Part shown: positions 1-11,690 of the stretch, one piece after another
Position numbering within the stretch: position 1 is the stretch's first letter
Layout of the letters: each line of letters opens with the position of its first letter
Assembly (NCBI GenBank): GCA_963771175.1
Contig: CAVYSY010000051.1
Location: forward strand, 64,001 to 128,000
Length of the DNA: 64,000 nucleotides
Direction: 5' to 3'
Origin: an uncultured delta proteobacterium
Lineage (GTDB): Bacteria > Myxococcota > Myxococcia > Myxococcales > Myxococcaceae
Translations under genes and position numbers: made by a program
The notes under the pieces: generated by a model
What the model was told of the DNA's origin: nothing
What the model saw: the letters and a program-made list of their open reading frames with translations, nothing else
The model's database searches: none

Positions 1-290
1 ATGCCTCGGGCATGCACACCGGTCGGCCCCTGGGCGAGGTGTGCTTCGGCGAGGGCAAGCGCTTCTACGCGCAGGCCTGCGCCTCCGAGGCCGGTGTCCC
101 GTTGTCCGCGTGCGCCTTCTACACGGACTCGTACTCGGACCTGCCGGTGATGGAGGTGGTGGGTCGCCCCGTCGCCGTCCACCCGGATCGCCGCCTGCGG
201 CGCGAGGCCCTGCGCCGCGGCTGGCCCGTGGTGGACTGGGGCGTGCCGAGCGGCGGGGGCTCCCCCGTGCTGGACCTCCCCTCCCAGTAG
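1..290 (+). CDS. HAD-IB family hydrolase, C-terminal part (5'-truncated by window)
   Basis: Motif FYTDSYSDLP...PVAVHPDRRLRREA..GWPVVDW, typical of the HAD-IB/SerB-like C-terminus; frame open to the window edge. Confidence 0.8.
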   Translation, partial: ASGMHTGRPLGEVCFGEGKRFYAQACASEAGVPLSACAFYTDSYSDLPVMEVVGRPVAVHPDRRLRREALRRGWPVVDWGVPSGGGSPVLDLPSQ

Positions 291-340
291 GGACGGAGCC
301 TCTCACTCGTTGACGTCAACGAGTGGAGCGGCACGGGGGC

Positions 341-2365
341 TCAGCGGCGGTTTGGCGCCACCAGTCGGATGCTGAAGGTGTAGTCCACCGCCACCGGCTG
401 GCCCTGCAGGGTGATGGGCCTGTAGGTGCGCGACCGCAGCGCCTGCACCACTGCCTCGTTCATGTGCGGCAGGCCCTTGATGACGCGGCAGTTCTCCACC
501 GAGCCCGTCTTGGTGATGACGCACTTCACAATCATCGTCCCCTCCACCCGGGCCGCGAGCGCCTCGCGCGTGTAGACGATGTCCTTGCCCTTCAGCTCCA
601 CCGGGCGCGGCATGCCCTCCTGGAAGGGCAAGGGGCCGTCTCCCGTGGGGGCCACGCTCTTGGACAGCGCCAGCACCGGCACGGCCAGGCCGCCAGAGGC
701 GCCCGTCGCGGTCTTCGTCTCCTTTGCCGTGTCGACCTTGCTCGGAGCCGCCGCGGGCACGGGCGCGGGCGGCGGATCGGATTCGAGCATCACCGGCGCG
801 GACATGGAGCCCAGGGCCGTCGTCGTGGAGGACGTGCCCGCCGTCCCCGAGGCGTGCTCCACCCGGCTGCCGGCGGAGCTACCCGTGTTGCGGCTGGCGC
901 TCGCCGAGCCACCCCGGGCGCGCTGCAGCTTCTGGGCGAACACCACCTCGCCCGAGCCGCCGGTGATGACCGTCTCCGGCTGGTAGCCGTCGAGCACGAA
1001 GGTGAACTCGGCGGTGACGGTGTCCTGGTCCTTCTCCTTGGGAATCTCCAGCAGCAGCGGCGTCGTGCCGCGCTCCTCGCCGTGGTAGATGACGCGCGCG
1101 CCCGTGGGCTGGCTCATCAGCCGGAAGCGCACCACCTCCGCCGTCGGCTTCTCGGCGGACGCGGGAGCCTGGGCGGCCGGGGCCGTCGTCTCCTTCTGGG
1201 CGCCTGACGAGAAGACTCCGGAGGACAGCAGCAGGCCGCCCGCGAGGAGCGCGGCGATGCCTCCGCCCACCAGGCCCCCCAGCATGAGCGTGCGCCGACG
1301 CGTCTTCTGCATGTCGGGCGGCACCTCCACGCTGATGTCCACCGCGAGCGTGTCACCCCCGGCGGGCGCGTCACCCGTGATGCCGGCGAAGAGTGGGGTC
1401 TTATAGGGCCCCGTGGTGTTCTGCCCACCCGGATGCTTGAAGATGCCGCTGTTGCCGCCCGCGGACATGCTGGCTTCGCGCATCGCCTCCAGCAGCTCGT
1501 CCATCGTCTGGAAGCGCCGCGCCGGATCCTTCTCCATGCACCGGCGCACCAACGACTCGATCTCCGGCGGCACCGACACGTCCGGCCGCACCGAGCTGAA
1601 GGCGGGCGGCAGCTCCTTGTGGTGGGCGAAGATGAGCTCGATGTGATCCTTCGAGATGAACGGCGGCCGCCCCACCAGCATCTGGTAGAGCATCACGCCC
1701 AGCGAGTACACGTCGCTGCGCACGTCCGACTCGTTGCGCGCCTGCTCCGGCGCCATGTACATCGGCGAGCCCAGGAAGGTGCCGCCCTGGGTGATCTCCG
1801 GGCCAGGCCGCTCCCCGGCGGGCGCGATGGACTTCACCAGTCCGAAGTCCAGCACCTTGACGAGGTCCTGATCCGCCTCGTTGAGGAGCATGATGTTGGC
1901 CGGCTTGAGATCCCGGTGGACGATGCCCAGGTTGTGGGCCTCGCGCAGCGAGCGGCAGATCTGCTGGGCGATGTTGAGCGCGCGCGCCCACGGCAGCGGC
2001 CCCGACTCCACCAGGACCTGCCCGAGCGTCCGCCCCTCCAGGTACTCCATGGCGATGTAGTAGATGCCGTCGTCCGTCTGCCCGTAGTCGATCACCGTCA
2101 CCGTGTTGGGGTGGCGGAGCTTGGACGAGAACGAGGCCTCGCGCAGGAAGCGCTTCTGGAAGCCCGGATCCCTGCTGGTGGGGAAGTTGGGGTTGAGCAC
2201 CTTCAGCGCGACCACGCGATCCAACGGGGTCTGCTGGGCACGGTAGACTCGTCCCATCCCTCCGATGCCGATCGGCTCGAGGATGCTGAAGCGGCCATTG
2301 AGCGTCCGCCCGATGAGAGGATCCGCCCCCGTATCTCCCGGACCCTGCGAATCGCCGGTCACCAT
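341..2365 (-). CDS. Ser/Thr protein kinase with TM segment, PEGA-like region and C-terminal TonB domain
   Basis: Hanks motifs GxGGMG, VALK, HRDLKPANI, DFG, APE; hydrophobic TM stretch; C-terminal TonB_C-like YTREALAARVEGTMIVKCVI...PVAVDYTF; start set at ATG 2365. Confidence 0.9.
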   Translation of the reverse strand: MVTGDSQGPGDTGADPLIGRTLNGRFSILEPIGIGGMGRVYRAQQTPLDRVVALKVLNPNFPTSRDPGFQKRFLREASFSSKLRHPNTVTVIDYGQTDDGIYYIAMEYLEGRTLGQVLVESGPLPWARALNIAQQICRSLREAHNLGIVHRDLKPANIMLLNEADQDLVKVLDFGLVKSIAPAGERPGPEITQGGTFLGSPMYMAPEQARNESDVRSDVYSLGVMLYQMLVGRPPFISKDHIELIFAHHKELPPAFSSVRPDVSVPPEIESLVRRCMEKDPARRFQTMDELLEAMREASMSAGGNSGIFKHPGGQNTTGPYKTPLFAGITGDAPAGGDTLAVDISVEVPPDMQKTRRRTLMLGGLVGGGIAALLAGGLLLSSGVFSSGAQKETTAPAAQAPASAEKPTAEVVRFRLMSQPTGARVIYHGEERGTTPLLLEIPKEKDQDTVTAEFTFVLDGYQPETVITGGSGEVVFAQKLQRARGGSASASRNTGSSAGSRVEHASGTAGTSSTTTALGSMSAPVMLESDPPPAPVPAAAPSKVDTAKETKTATGASGGLAVPVLALSKSVAPTGDGPLPFQEGMPRPVELKGKDIVYTREALAARVEGTMIVKCVITKTGSVENCRVIKGLPHMNEAVVQALRSRTYRPITLQGQPVAVDYTFSIRLVAPNRR

Positions 2366-2607
2366 GTATCCTTGCTCCCCCGGTCTGCACCTGGATGGGA
2401 ACCACCCGTCACAGCCCGGCATGAGACCATAACTCCCGGAAACACGCGACCTGGGAGATTATTGCCTGCCTGGCTGCCGTCCATCCGTTCAACTCGCGTC
2501 GAGAGGTGGGATGTGTCACCCGCATTGACGGTCCCCGCAATATCGGACTACCGTCCAATTCTCCCGCGCATGGGTTCAGGCGGGCTCCCGATGGTCGGTT
2601 CCCTTCG

Positions 2608-3153
2608 ATGACGGCTGAAGCCCAGGCGAGACGCGCGTCGGCGGAGAAGCGGCTGGCGTCGCTGGAAGAGGAGATCGTCCGGCTGCGGCGAGAGTTGGCC
2701 ACGCTCGGCGTGGAGCAGCGACTGCCCGGCCTCTACCTCACGGTGGAGGTGGCCGGAACGACGGCGCTGTTGCCCGTGGAGGCGGTGCTGGAAGTGGTTC
2801 GGCTGGTGGCCATCGAGCCGCTGCCGGCGGCGCTCCCCCATGTGGTGGGCACCATGCTCTACCGGGGCACGCCCGCGGTGGTGGTGGATGTGGCCACGAT
2901 GCTCGGCGTGCGCCGGGAGCCGGATCTGGACGCCCATCTCGTCATCTGTGGGGGCGCGAGCACGGTGGCGCTGCTGGTGGATCGGGTCCGGGACCTCGTC
3001 GAGTCCCCGCTGCTGGTGGAAGGCTCCGTGTCGGACACCGCCCCCCCCGCGTGGGATGCCACCGGGTTGATGGCGGGCCTGTGCCGCACCCCCGAGGGTC
3101 TGAGGCCGCTGCTGCGGGCCTCGGCCTTCCTGGCGGTCCCGGAGGGGTCGTGA
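2608..3153 (+). CDS. cheW: CheW adaptor with N-terminal coiled coil
   Basis: LPVEAVLEVV, PHVVGTMLYRG, ALLVDRV CheW-type motifs; first gene of the che cluster. Confidence 0.85.
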   Translation: MTAEAQARRASAEKRLASLEEEIVRLRRELATLGVEQRLPGLYLTVEVAGTTALLPVEAVLEVVRLVAIEPLPAALPHVVGTMLYRGTPAVVVDVATMLGVRREPDLDAHLVICGGASTVALLVDRVRDLVESPLLVEGSVSDTAPPAWDATGLMAGLCRTPEGLRPLLRASAFLAVPEGS

Positions 3154-4550
3154 AGGAGCCGGTGCGCACGGAGCGCCTCGACGAGTCGACGCTGGGCGGG
3201 CTGGAGACGGTCCTGCGCGCCGCGTGCGGCATGGTGCTGGCCCCCAGTGTGCGCCCCTCGCTGGGCACCGCCCTGACGCGCGCGGCCGAGTCCCAGGGAC
3301 TGCCTACCCTCGAGTTCCTCCAGCGGCTGCTGGCGCGCGACACCGCGGCGGTGGAGTCCTTCATCGGCTACGCCGTCATCGGAGAGACGTACTTCTTCCG
3401 CCACCCGGAGCAGTTGCGCGTGCTGGGGAGCCTGGCCACGGCCAGCTCCGGGCCCTTCCATGTGTGGAGCGCCGGCTGCGCGAGCGGGGAGGAGCCCTTC
3501 AGCATCACCATGGCCTTGCTGGCGGCCGGCGTCGCCCCCGAGCGCATCCGCGTGCTGGGCACGGACGTCTCCCATCGCGCCCTCGCGCGCGCCCAGCAGG
3601 CCACGTACTCCCCCTGGTCCGTGCGGCGCATGGAGCCCGAGCTGGAGCGGCGCTTCCTCTCCATCCGGCCCGACTCCGTCACCGTGCCCCCCGAGGTGCG
3701 CGCGCGGGTGGAGTTCCGGCGGCACAACCTCGTCACCGACCCGCCGCCCGTGTCCGGCGCCCAGGCCGTCTTCTGCCGCAACGTCCTCATCTACTTCCCC
3801 CCGGAGGTCCTCCCGGGGGTGATGGAGCGGCTCGTCCAGGCGCTCGCGCCCGGGGGCTGGCTCTTCCTCTCTCCCGCGGAGCTGCCCTTCTCCCACGGGC
3901 TGGAGCTGGAGTCGCTGGAGGTGGACGGACTCACCGTGCTGCGCAAGCTCCCGCAGGGCGAGCGGCCACCGGCGCGGGCCACGCGAGCCGGGCCCAGCCG
4001 GGTCTCGGCCCGGGCGCCGAGCCCGCTGCGGCGGGTGCTGACTCCCGCCCAGGATGCCCCGGTGGCCATTCCCCCGGAGCTGCCGGCCGCCCAGAGCGCA
4101 CTCACGCCCGCGCCGATCCCACCTTCCCAGTCATCCGCCGGGCCCTCGGTCCCGGAAACGCTGGAGCAGGCCCGGGCCGCCGCGCGCGCCGGGCGGTATG
4201 ACCTGGCCGAGGAACTCGCCCAGCTGGCCGCTCGCGAGCTGTCCCCCGAGGCCTACCTGCTGCTGGCCATGGTGGCCGAAGGGCGGGGGGACGTGCAGGG
4301 GGCCGTGGCCGCGGTTCGCAAGGCCCTCTATCTGGAGCCCCACCTGGCCGTCGGTCATGCCATGCTCGTGGCGCTCTACGGCCATTTGGGCCAGCCCGAG
4401 GAGGCGGAGCGGGCGCGGCGCAACGCGCTGCGGGCATTGGACGGTTTGGATGACGAGCACGTGCTGCGGGGGATGGAAGAGGTGACGGTGGGAGGCCTGC
4501 GGCGGGCGCTCGTTCCGGGAGTGAAGATGGGAAAGTCGGGTGCGCGATGA
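3150..4550 (+). CDS. cheR: CheR methyltransferase with C-terminal TPR
   Basis: [30 protein letters not shown]-like [13 protein letters not shown] start overlaps the cheW stop (GTGA). Confidence 0.9.
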   Translation: MKEPVRTERLDESTLGGLETVLRAACGMVLAPSVRPSLGTALTRAAESQGLPTLEFLQRLLARDTAAVESFIGYAVIGETYFFRHPEQLRVLGSLATASSGPFHVWSAGCASGEEPFSITMALLAAGVAPERIRVLGTDVSHRALARAQQATYSPWSVRRMEPELERRFLSIRPDSVTVPPEVRARVEFRRHNLVTDPPPVSGAQAVFCRNVLIYFPPEVLPGVMERLVQALAPGGWLFLSPAELPFSHGLELESLEVDGLTVLRKLPQGERPPARATRAGPSRVSARAPSPLRRVLTPAQDAPVAIPPELPAAQSALTPAPIPPSQSSAGPSVPETLEQARAAARAGRYDLAEELAQLAARELSPEAYLLLAMVAEGRGDVQGAVAAVRKALYLEPHLAVGHAMLVALYGHLGQPEEAERARRNALRALDGLDDEHVLRGMEEVTVGGLRRALVPGVKMGKSGAR

Positions 4551-4593
4551 TCGGCGCCTGTTGGAGCTGGGAGGACCCGTGGAAGGCACTGGC

Positions 4594-6198
<1,605 letters not shown>

Positions 6199-6232
6199 CA
6201 GGACAGGGCGTCTCCGTGGAGGAATCCCAAGA

Positions 6233-6610
6233 ATGAAGGTGTTGATAGTCGAAGACACGAAGACCATCACCAACCTCATCCAGGTGTACCTGATGGGGTG
6301 GGGCCTGGAGTTCTTCGAGGCGAGCAATGGCGTGCAGGGGCTCGCGCGTGCCCGGGAGATCAAGCCGGATCTGGTCATCTCCGACGTGCAGATGCCGGAG
6401 ATGGACGGGTTCGCGCTGTGCGCGGCGGTGCGGGCGGATCCCATCCTCTTCGCCACGCCCGTCGTGATGCTGACCTCGCTCAAGGACGACTCGAGCCGGC
6501 AGCGCGGACGGCTGGTGGGGGCGAGCGCCTTTCTCAACAAGCCCGTGGCGGTGGATGATCTGCGCGAGAAGGTGCGCAGCATCCTGAAGCTCCCCGCCAG
6601 CAAGTACTAG
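6233..6610 (+). CDS. cheY: Single-domain response regulator (CheY-like)
   Basis: VLIVED, SDVQMPEMDG, VVMLT, KP receiver motifs; inside the che operon. Confidence 0.88.
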   Translation: MKVLIVEDTKTITNLIQVYLMGWGLEFFEASNGVQGLARAREIKPDLVISDVQMPEMDGFALCAAVRADPILFATPVVMLTSLKDDSSRQRGRLVGASAFLNKPVAVDDLREKVRSILKLPASKY

Positions 6611-6617
6611 AGGGTCC

Positions 6618-7211
6618 ATGGCCGGCGACGAGTCGAGCGGGAAGATCGACTACGCGGCACTGCGCCGCAAACTGGACGAGGCGCAGGCGGTGCTCGAGGG
6701 CGCGCAGGTGCTCAGCCCGGAGCGTCGCCGCGAGGTGCTCGCCGATCGGGCGCGCGCCCTGGCCGGCTCGCGTCACGAGGAGCGCCGCGAGACGATGTCG
6801 GTGCTGTCCTTCCGCGTGGGGGGCGAGCGCTACGCGGTGCCCATCGAGGCGGTGGACCACGTGCTGGAGTCCAGGGGGTTGTGCCCGTTGCCGGGCGCGC
6901 CGCGCCATGTGCTGGGCGCGCTGGTGTCCCGCTCGAGGGTGGTGCCGGTGTTGGATCTGCGACAGGTGCTGGGCCTGGAAGGGGGCGGTATGTCGGACCT
7001 GGCGCGCGTCGTCGTGGTGGAGGTGTCCGAGGAGTTCTTCGGCCTGGCGGCGGAGGAGGTGGACGGACGGCAGGAGCTGCCCAGCGCGGACCTGTCGCAC
7101 CCACCGCCGGGGCCCTTCACGTTCCTCACGAGGGATCGCAACACCAAGGAGCTGCTGATGGTGCTCGATCTCGAGCAGCTCGGAGACCCCACCGTGGTGG
7201 GGCGGAGCTAG
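6618..7211 (+). CDS. cheW: Second CheW adaptor
   Basis: FRVGGERYAVPI, PVLDLRQVLG, MVLDLEQL. Confidence 0.88.
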   Translation: MAGDESSGKIDYAALRRKLDEAQAVLEGAQVLSPERRREVLADRARALAGSRHEERRETMSVLSFRVGGERYAVPIEAVDHVLESRGLCPLPGAPRHVLGALVSRSRVVPVLDLRQVLGLEGGGMSDLARVVVVEVSEEFFGLAAEEVDGRQELPSADLSHPPPGPFTFLTRDRNTKELLMVLDLEQLGDPTVVGRS

Positions 7212-7223
7212 GACGGAGGGCGC

Positions 7224-9753
7224 ATGGATCCGCGGGTGCTGCGTAGCCTCTGGCCCATCTTCGCTGCGGAGACGCGCGAGCAGCTTCAGACCATCGGCAC
7301 GGCCGTGCTGGGGTTGGAGCAGGGCTCGCCCGAGCAGGCATCGGAGCAGCTCACCGCCCTCAAGCGGGAGGTGCACAGTCTGAAGGGGTCCGCGGCCAGC
7401 CTGGGGCTGTCGGACATCGAGCAGCTCGTGCACGCCATCGAGGACGGGCTGGCGCACTGCGCCCCCGGGCAGATGCCGCCGAAGGGGCTGGTGGAGTCCA
7501 CCCTGCGCGGCCTGTCGGCCATCGAGTCCGCGCTCAACCATGGGGACGCGGGCGAGCTGCCGACCATCGAGGGGCTGGGAGCACTGCTGTCCTCGCTCGG
7601 GCGAGGCGGAGTCGTGCAGGCCGCCGCGGTGCAGCCCAAGGCCCCGGCCCACTTCCGGCGCGAGGGCCTCCAGACGCTGGAGAAGCTGGAGACGTCCCTG
7701 CGCCGGTTGTGCTCGCCGGGCCTGGAGGATCGGCCGGGCGCGGTGTGGGAGGCGGTGGGGCTGGCCGAGCTGCTGAAGGCCGCGGCGCAGACGGCCGGCA
7801 TCTCCGCCGTGGAGACGCTGGCGAGCTCGGTGCGTACGGGCTTCGCGCGCATGGAGGAGGAGGGGGTCGGCGCCAGCGTGGCGGCCTCGGAGGTGACGGG
7901 CTCGCTGGTGGATCTGCGTGGCGCGCTGGAGTCGCTCACCGAGGAGTCTCCCGTCGAGCTCGTCACGGCCCCGGCGGAGCCGGTTGCGACGACCCGCTCG
8001 GCGGCCGGCCGGCGCCAGCAGCAGGACATGGACCGGGCGGTGCGCGTGTCGGTGCGGACGCTCGACTCGCTGGCGCTCCAGGTGGAGCAGCTCGCGGCGG
8101 GCCGGGCGCAGCAGCTCCGCCGCGCGGAGGCGCACCGCGAGCTGTTGGAGCAGACGCACCAGGCCCTGTTGCAACTGGAGCGCACGGCCCAGCAGCTCGC
8201 GCTGTCCTCGGGCGGCGGCGGGGCGCTCGAGTCGCTGCGCTCGGGCGTGGGCATGGTGCGCGGCGTGCAGAAGCGGCTCGTGCAGCTCTCCAAGGACGTC
8301 CACCGCGAGGGCGAGCAGCTCGCGATGGTGGCCCAGGTGGTGCGCGATGATCTGAGAGACCTGCGCATGGTGCCGGCCTCGCAGATCCTGGAGCCGCTCA
8401 AGCGCACGGTGCGCGAGTTGTGCGCGCGGTTGGGCAAGGACGTGGACCTGGTGCTCGCCGGTGGTGACGTGCGCATCGACCGGCGCATCGTGGACGTGCT
8501 GAAGGATCCGCTGCAGCACCTGGTGCGTAACTCGCTGGATCACGGGATAGAAGCGGCGAGCGAGCGCCTGGCGGCGGGCAAGGACGCGCGCGGGCAGCTC
8601 GAGGTGCGCGTGGAGCCGCGAGGCACCCGCCTGGCGGTGGTGGTGGCGGACGACGGCGCGGGCCTGTCCCCGGAGAACGTGCGGGCCGCGGCCGTGCGTC
8701 GCGGGCTGCTCACCGATGCAGATGCCGCCAAGCTCACCGACATGCAGGCCGCCCGGCTCGTCTTCGAGCCCGGCTTCTCCACCCGCGACCAGGTGACGGA
8801 GACGTCCGGCCGTGGAGTGGGCCTGGACGTGGTGCAGAGCACGGCCACGCGGCTGCAGGGCGCGGTGGACATCTCCTTCGAGAAGGGCAAGGGGACGCGC
8901 TTCACCATCGACCTGCCGTTGATCCTCGCGGGCGCGCTGGGGCTGCTGGTGCGCTCCGGTACCGCCGTGGTGGCCATTCCCTCGGATGCAGTGGAGCGGG
9001 TGCTGCGGCTGGCTCCGGCGGACGTGGGCACGGTGGCCGGGCACGTGGTGGCGTGCGTGGATGACGAGCAGTTGCCCTTCCACGCGCTCTCCGAGGCGAT
9101 CGGCATGCCCCGGCTACCGCTGGCGCTCGAGTCGGGCAAGCCGCAGACGGCGATGGTGCTGTCGCTCGGCGGCGTGCGCGCGGTGTTCGCCATCGACGCG
9201 GTGGTGGGCCAGCAGGAGATCGTCGTCCGCTCGCTGGGGCGGCACCTGCAGGCGTGTCCCACCTGGCCGGGGCCGCGGTGCTGGACGACGGCAGCGTGGT
9301 GCCGGTGCTCAACGCGCCCGAGCTGCTGCGCGCCGCCGCCGCTCCGGTGGTGCTCCGCGCGGTCGCCGAGGTGCGCTCGCCAGCACATCCTCGTGTGCGA
9401 CGACGCGCTCACCACGCGCTTCGCCATCAAGTCGCTGCTGGAGATCGCCGGCTACTCGGTGGTGACGGCCGGGGACGGCGAGGAGGCGCTGAGCATCCTG
9501 GAGCGCACGCCGTGTCAGCTCGTGGTGAGCGACTGGCAGATGCCTCGGCTGGACGGCATCGGACTCACCCGGCGCATTCGCGCCGCACCCCAAGCTGTCC
9601 CGCACTCCCGTCATCCTCTGCACTTCGCTGGACAGTCCGCAGGAGCGGGCCGCCGGTCTGGAAGCGGGGGCGGACGGCTACCTCGTCAAGCGCGAGGTGG
9701 AGCGCGGCAAGCTGTTGGATCTCGTGCGTCAGCTCCTCCCCTCCAGCTCCTGA
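7224..9753 (+). CDS. cheA: Hybrid CheA histidine kinase-receiver; ~3 apparent frameshifts (~9250, ~9378, ~9590)
   Basis: Hpt HSLKG, HLVRNSLDHGIE, DDGAG, GFSTR...SGRGVGLDVV. The CheW-like domain continues as LAGAAVLDDG in another frame, and the receiver HILVCDD...PVILCTS...GADGYLVK ends at TGA 9751-9753. Confidence 0.85.
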
Positions 9754-9834
9754 GCGGGCGAGGGGCCATGGCCCAGGTGTCCCTTCTCCCTTCGCCTCGT
9801 GGTGTGCAGGTTGGGGAGAACCGGGAGGCAGTGA

Positions 9835-10467
9835 GTGGATGCGCAGGTCACGCTGTGGATCGCGGGGTTCTCGTATCCGGCGGTGTTCCTGCTCCTCGTT
9901 CTGTGTGGAGTGGGTGCCCCGCTGAGCGAGGAGTTGGTCGTCATCACAGGAGGCATGGTGGTCGCCAAGAGCGGCGGCAGCCTGTCGTTCATGGCGCTCA
10001 CCGCCTATCTGGGCATCCTCGCCGGGGACAGCGCGCTGTTCCGACTCGGACGCGCGCTGGGTCCCAAGGTGTTCTCCCACCCGAAGCTGTCGAAGATGCT
10101 GACGCCGGAGCGAATGGCGCTCCTCCAGAAGCTGTTCGCCCGGCGTGGGACACTGGCGGTGTTCCTCGCGCGCTTCATGCCGGGCCTGCGTGCTCCCGCG
10201 TTCCTGCTGGCGGGCGCCACGGGCGTGCCGTACCGGCGCTTCCTCCTGGCCGACGGGGCCGCCGCCTGGGTCGCCGCCCTGGGGATGACGTGGCTGGGCT
10301 ACCGGTTCGGCCCCACGGTCCTCGCGGACGTGCGAGGCGGCCTGCGGTGGCTGGTCCTCACGGCGGTGGTGGTGGGCCTGGGGGTGCTCGTCATCCGCTG
10401 GGCGCGGCGGCGGGCGGCGCTGCGCGCGGCGGCGAGGGTGGTGCAGGCTCCCGAGGTTGAACCCTGA
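9835..10467 (+). CDS. DedA family membrane protein
   Basis: PLSEELVVITGG, GDSALFRLGR, ARFMPGLR DedA motifs. Confidence 0.9.
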   Translation: MDAQVTLWIAGFSYPAVFLLLVLCGVGAPLSEELVVITGGMVVAKSGGSLSFMALTAYLGILAGDSALFRLGRALGPKVFSHPKLSKMLTPERMALLQKLFARRGTLAVFLARFMPGLRAPAFLLAGATGVPYRRFLLADGAAAWVAALGMTWLGYRFGPTVLADVRGGLRWLVLTAVVVGLGVLVIRWARRRAALRAAARVVQAPEVEP

Positions 10468-10482
10468 GCCTCCCGAGCGCGC

Positions 10483-11418
10483 TCAACCCGGGAGGCTCGG
10501 CAGCGACACGGTCAGCTCGACTTCCGGCGCTCCGCGCACCGTCAGTCCGGCCTCCAGCCTCCGAGTGAGTCTCTCCAGGGATTCGAGCGTGCGCTCCGGC
10601 AACGTGCGCTCCGCGCGGGCCTGGATGCTCAACCGCCACCGCGCCCCGTCCTGTGCCTCCAGCCGCAGCACCACCTCCGAGGCTCCGGCTCCCACCAGCA
10701 GTCGCTCCAGCGTCCGCACCAGCAAGGCCATCGCCTCCCGGGGCGCTCGGACACGCACCGGCTCCGCGAGCAGCTCCAGCCTCGCGGACGCGCGCCGTCC
10801 AGGTCCGAAGGTGGCGCTCAACAAGGGGCGCAGGTCCTCCAGCGGCGCGTGCTCGATCGGCGACCGCTGGAGACGCGCGTTCAGCTCTCCCGCCGCCCGG
10901 CTCATTCGCTCGAGGTAGCGCTGCATGGAGGGGGTGAGCACTCCCGCCATGCCCTTGGACATCATGTCGATGTAGCCCTGCAGCACGAGCAGCGGCGTGC
11001 GCAAATCATGTGCCGTTCGCGAGAGCACCCGCTCACGGTGCGCCTGCAGCTCCACCAGCCGCATCCGCTCCTGGCGCAGCCGGGCCTGCTCGGCTCGGGA
11101 GGTGTCCTCGCGGGACTGGCTCGCCAGCAGGGCACTGCCCAGCACCGCCAGGCGCGCGAGGAGCTGACGATCCGCCGCGTCCACGCACGACTCGCCCAAC
11201 ACCAGCACCGTGCGCCCGTCCTTCATCATCTGTTGCGGGTGGGCTCGGGCCGGGGCCGGCGGCGCGAGGCCCGCGAGTGCGACGCGGCGGGAGCCCGCGT
11301 ACAGCGCGGCCCCACTCGTCTCCGTGAGACGTACTGTCGTCTCCACGAGCGCGTCGAGGCCTGCCCTCGCCCCGAGGTGCAGCGCCCGCTCGGCAACCGC
11401 CGAGAGAGTTCGCTCCAC
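10483..11418 (-). CDS. HisKA (phospho-acceptor) domain protein with degenerate ATPase region
   Basis: AHDLRTPLLVLQGYIDMM H-box; no recognisable N/G boxes; start uncertain (GTG 11418 chosen). Confidence 0.65.
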   Translation of the reverse strand: MERTLSAVAERALHLGARAGLDALVETTVRLTETSGAALYAGSRRVALAGLAPPAPARAHPQQMMKDGRTVLVLGESCVDAADRQLLARLAVLGSALLASQSREDTSRAEQARLRQERMRLVELQAHRERVLSRTAHDLRTPLLVLQGYIDMMSKGMAGVLTPSMQRYLERMSRAAGELNARLQRSPIEHAPLEDLRPLLSATFGPGRRASARLELLAEPVRVRAPREAMALLVRTLERLLVGAGASEVVLRLEAQDGARWRLSIQARAERTLPERTLESLERLTRRLEAGLTVRGAPEVELTVSLPSLPG

Positions 11419-11690
11419 TTCGAAGGCGCTGGCACTCCTTCCCACGCGACGCCCGCTCCAAGCACCGGCCTGCACACGGGAGGAATGGCCATGGTGGGCG
11501 GACGGCGCAACGCGGTTCTCCCTGGGAAACAAAGGGGTGCCGGAAGGAAAACCCTTTCCCATTCATTCACCCGGCCACCAGACTTTTTTACTGGACTGCG
11601 GGGATTCCCCGTCCTCCGGGCCCGCTTTCCACTCGGAGGCCGCTGGCCAGCCACTTGCTATCTGAGCCGTCTGGGATGGGACGGAGCGGA

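Noticed and set aside
7224..10460. 1078-aa CheA running through the dedA region
   Set aside because: Artefact of frameshifts; the receiver domain ends at 9753 and DedA is a separate gene in another frame.
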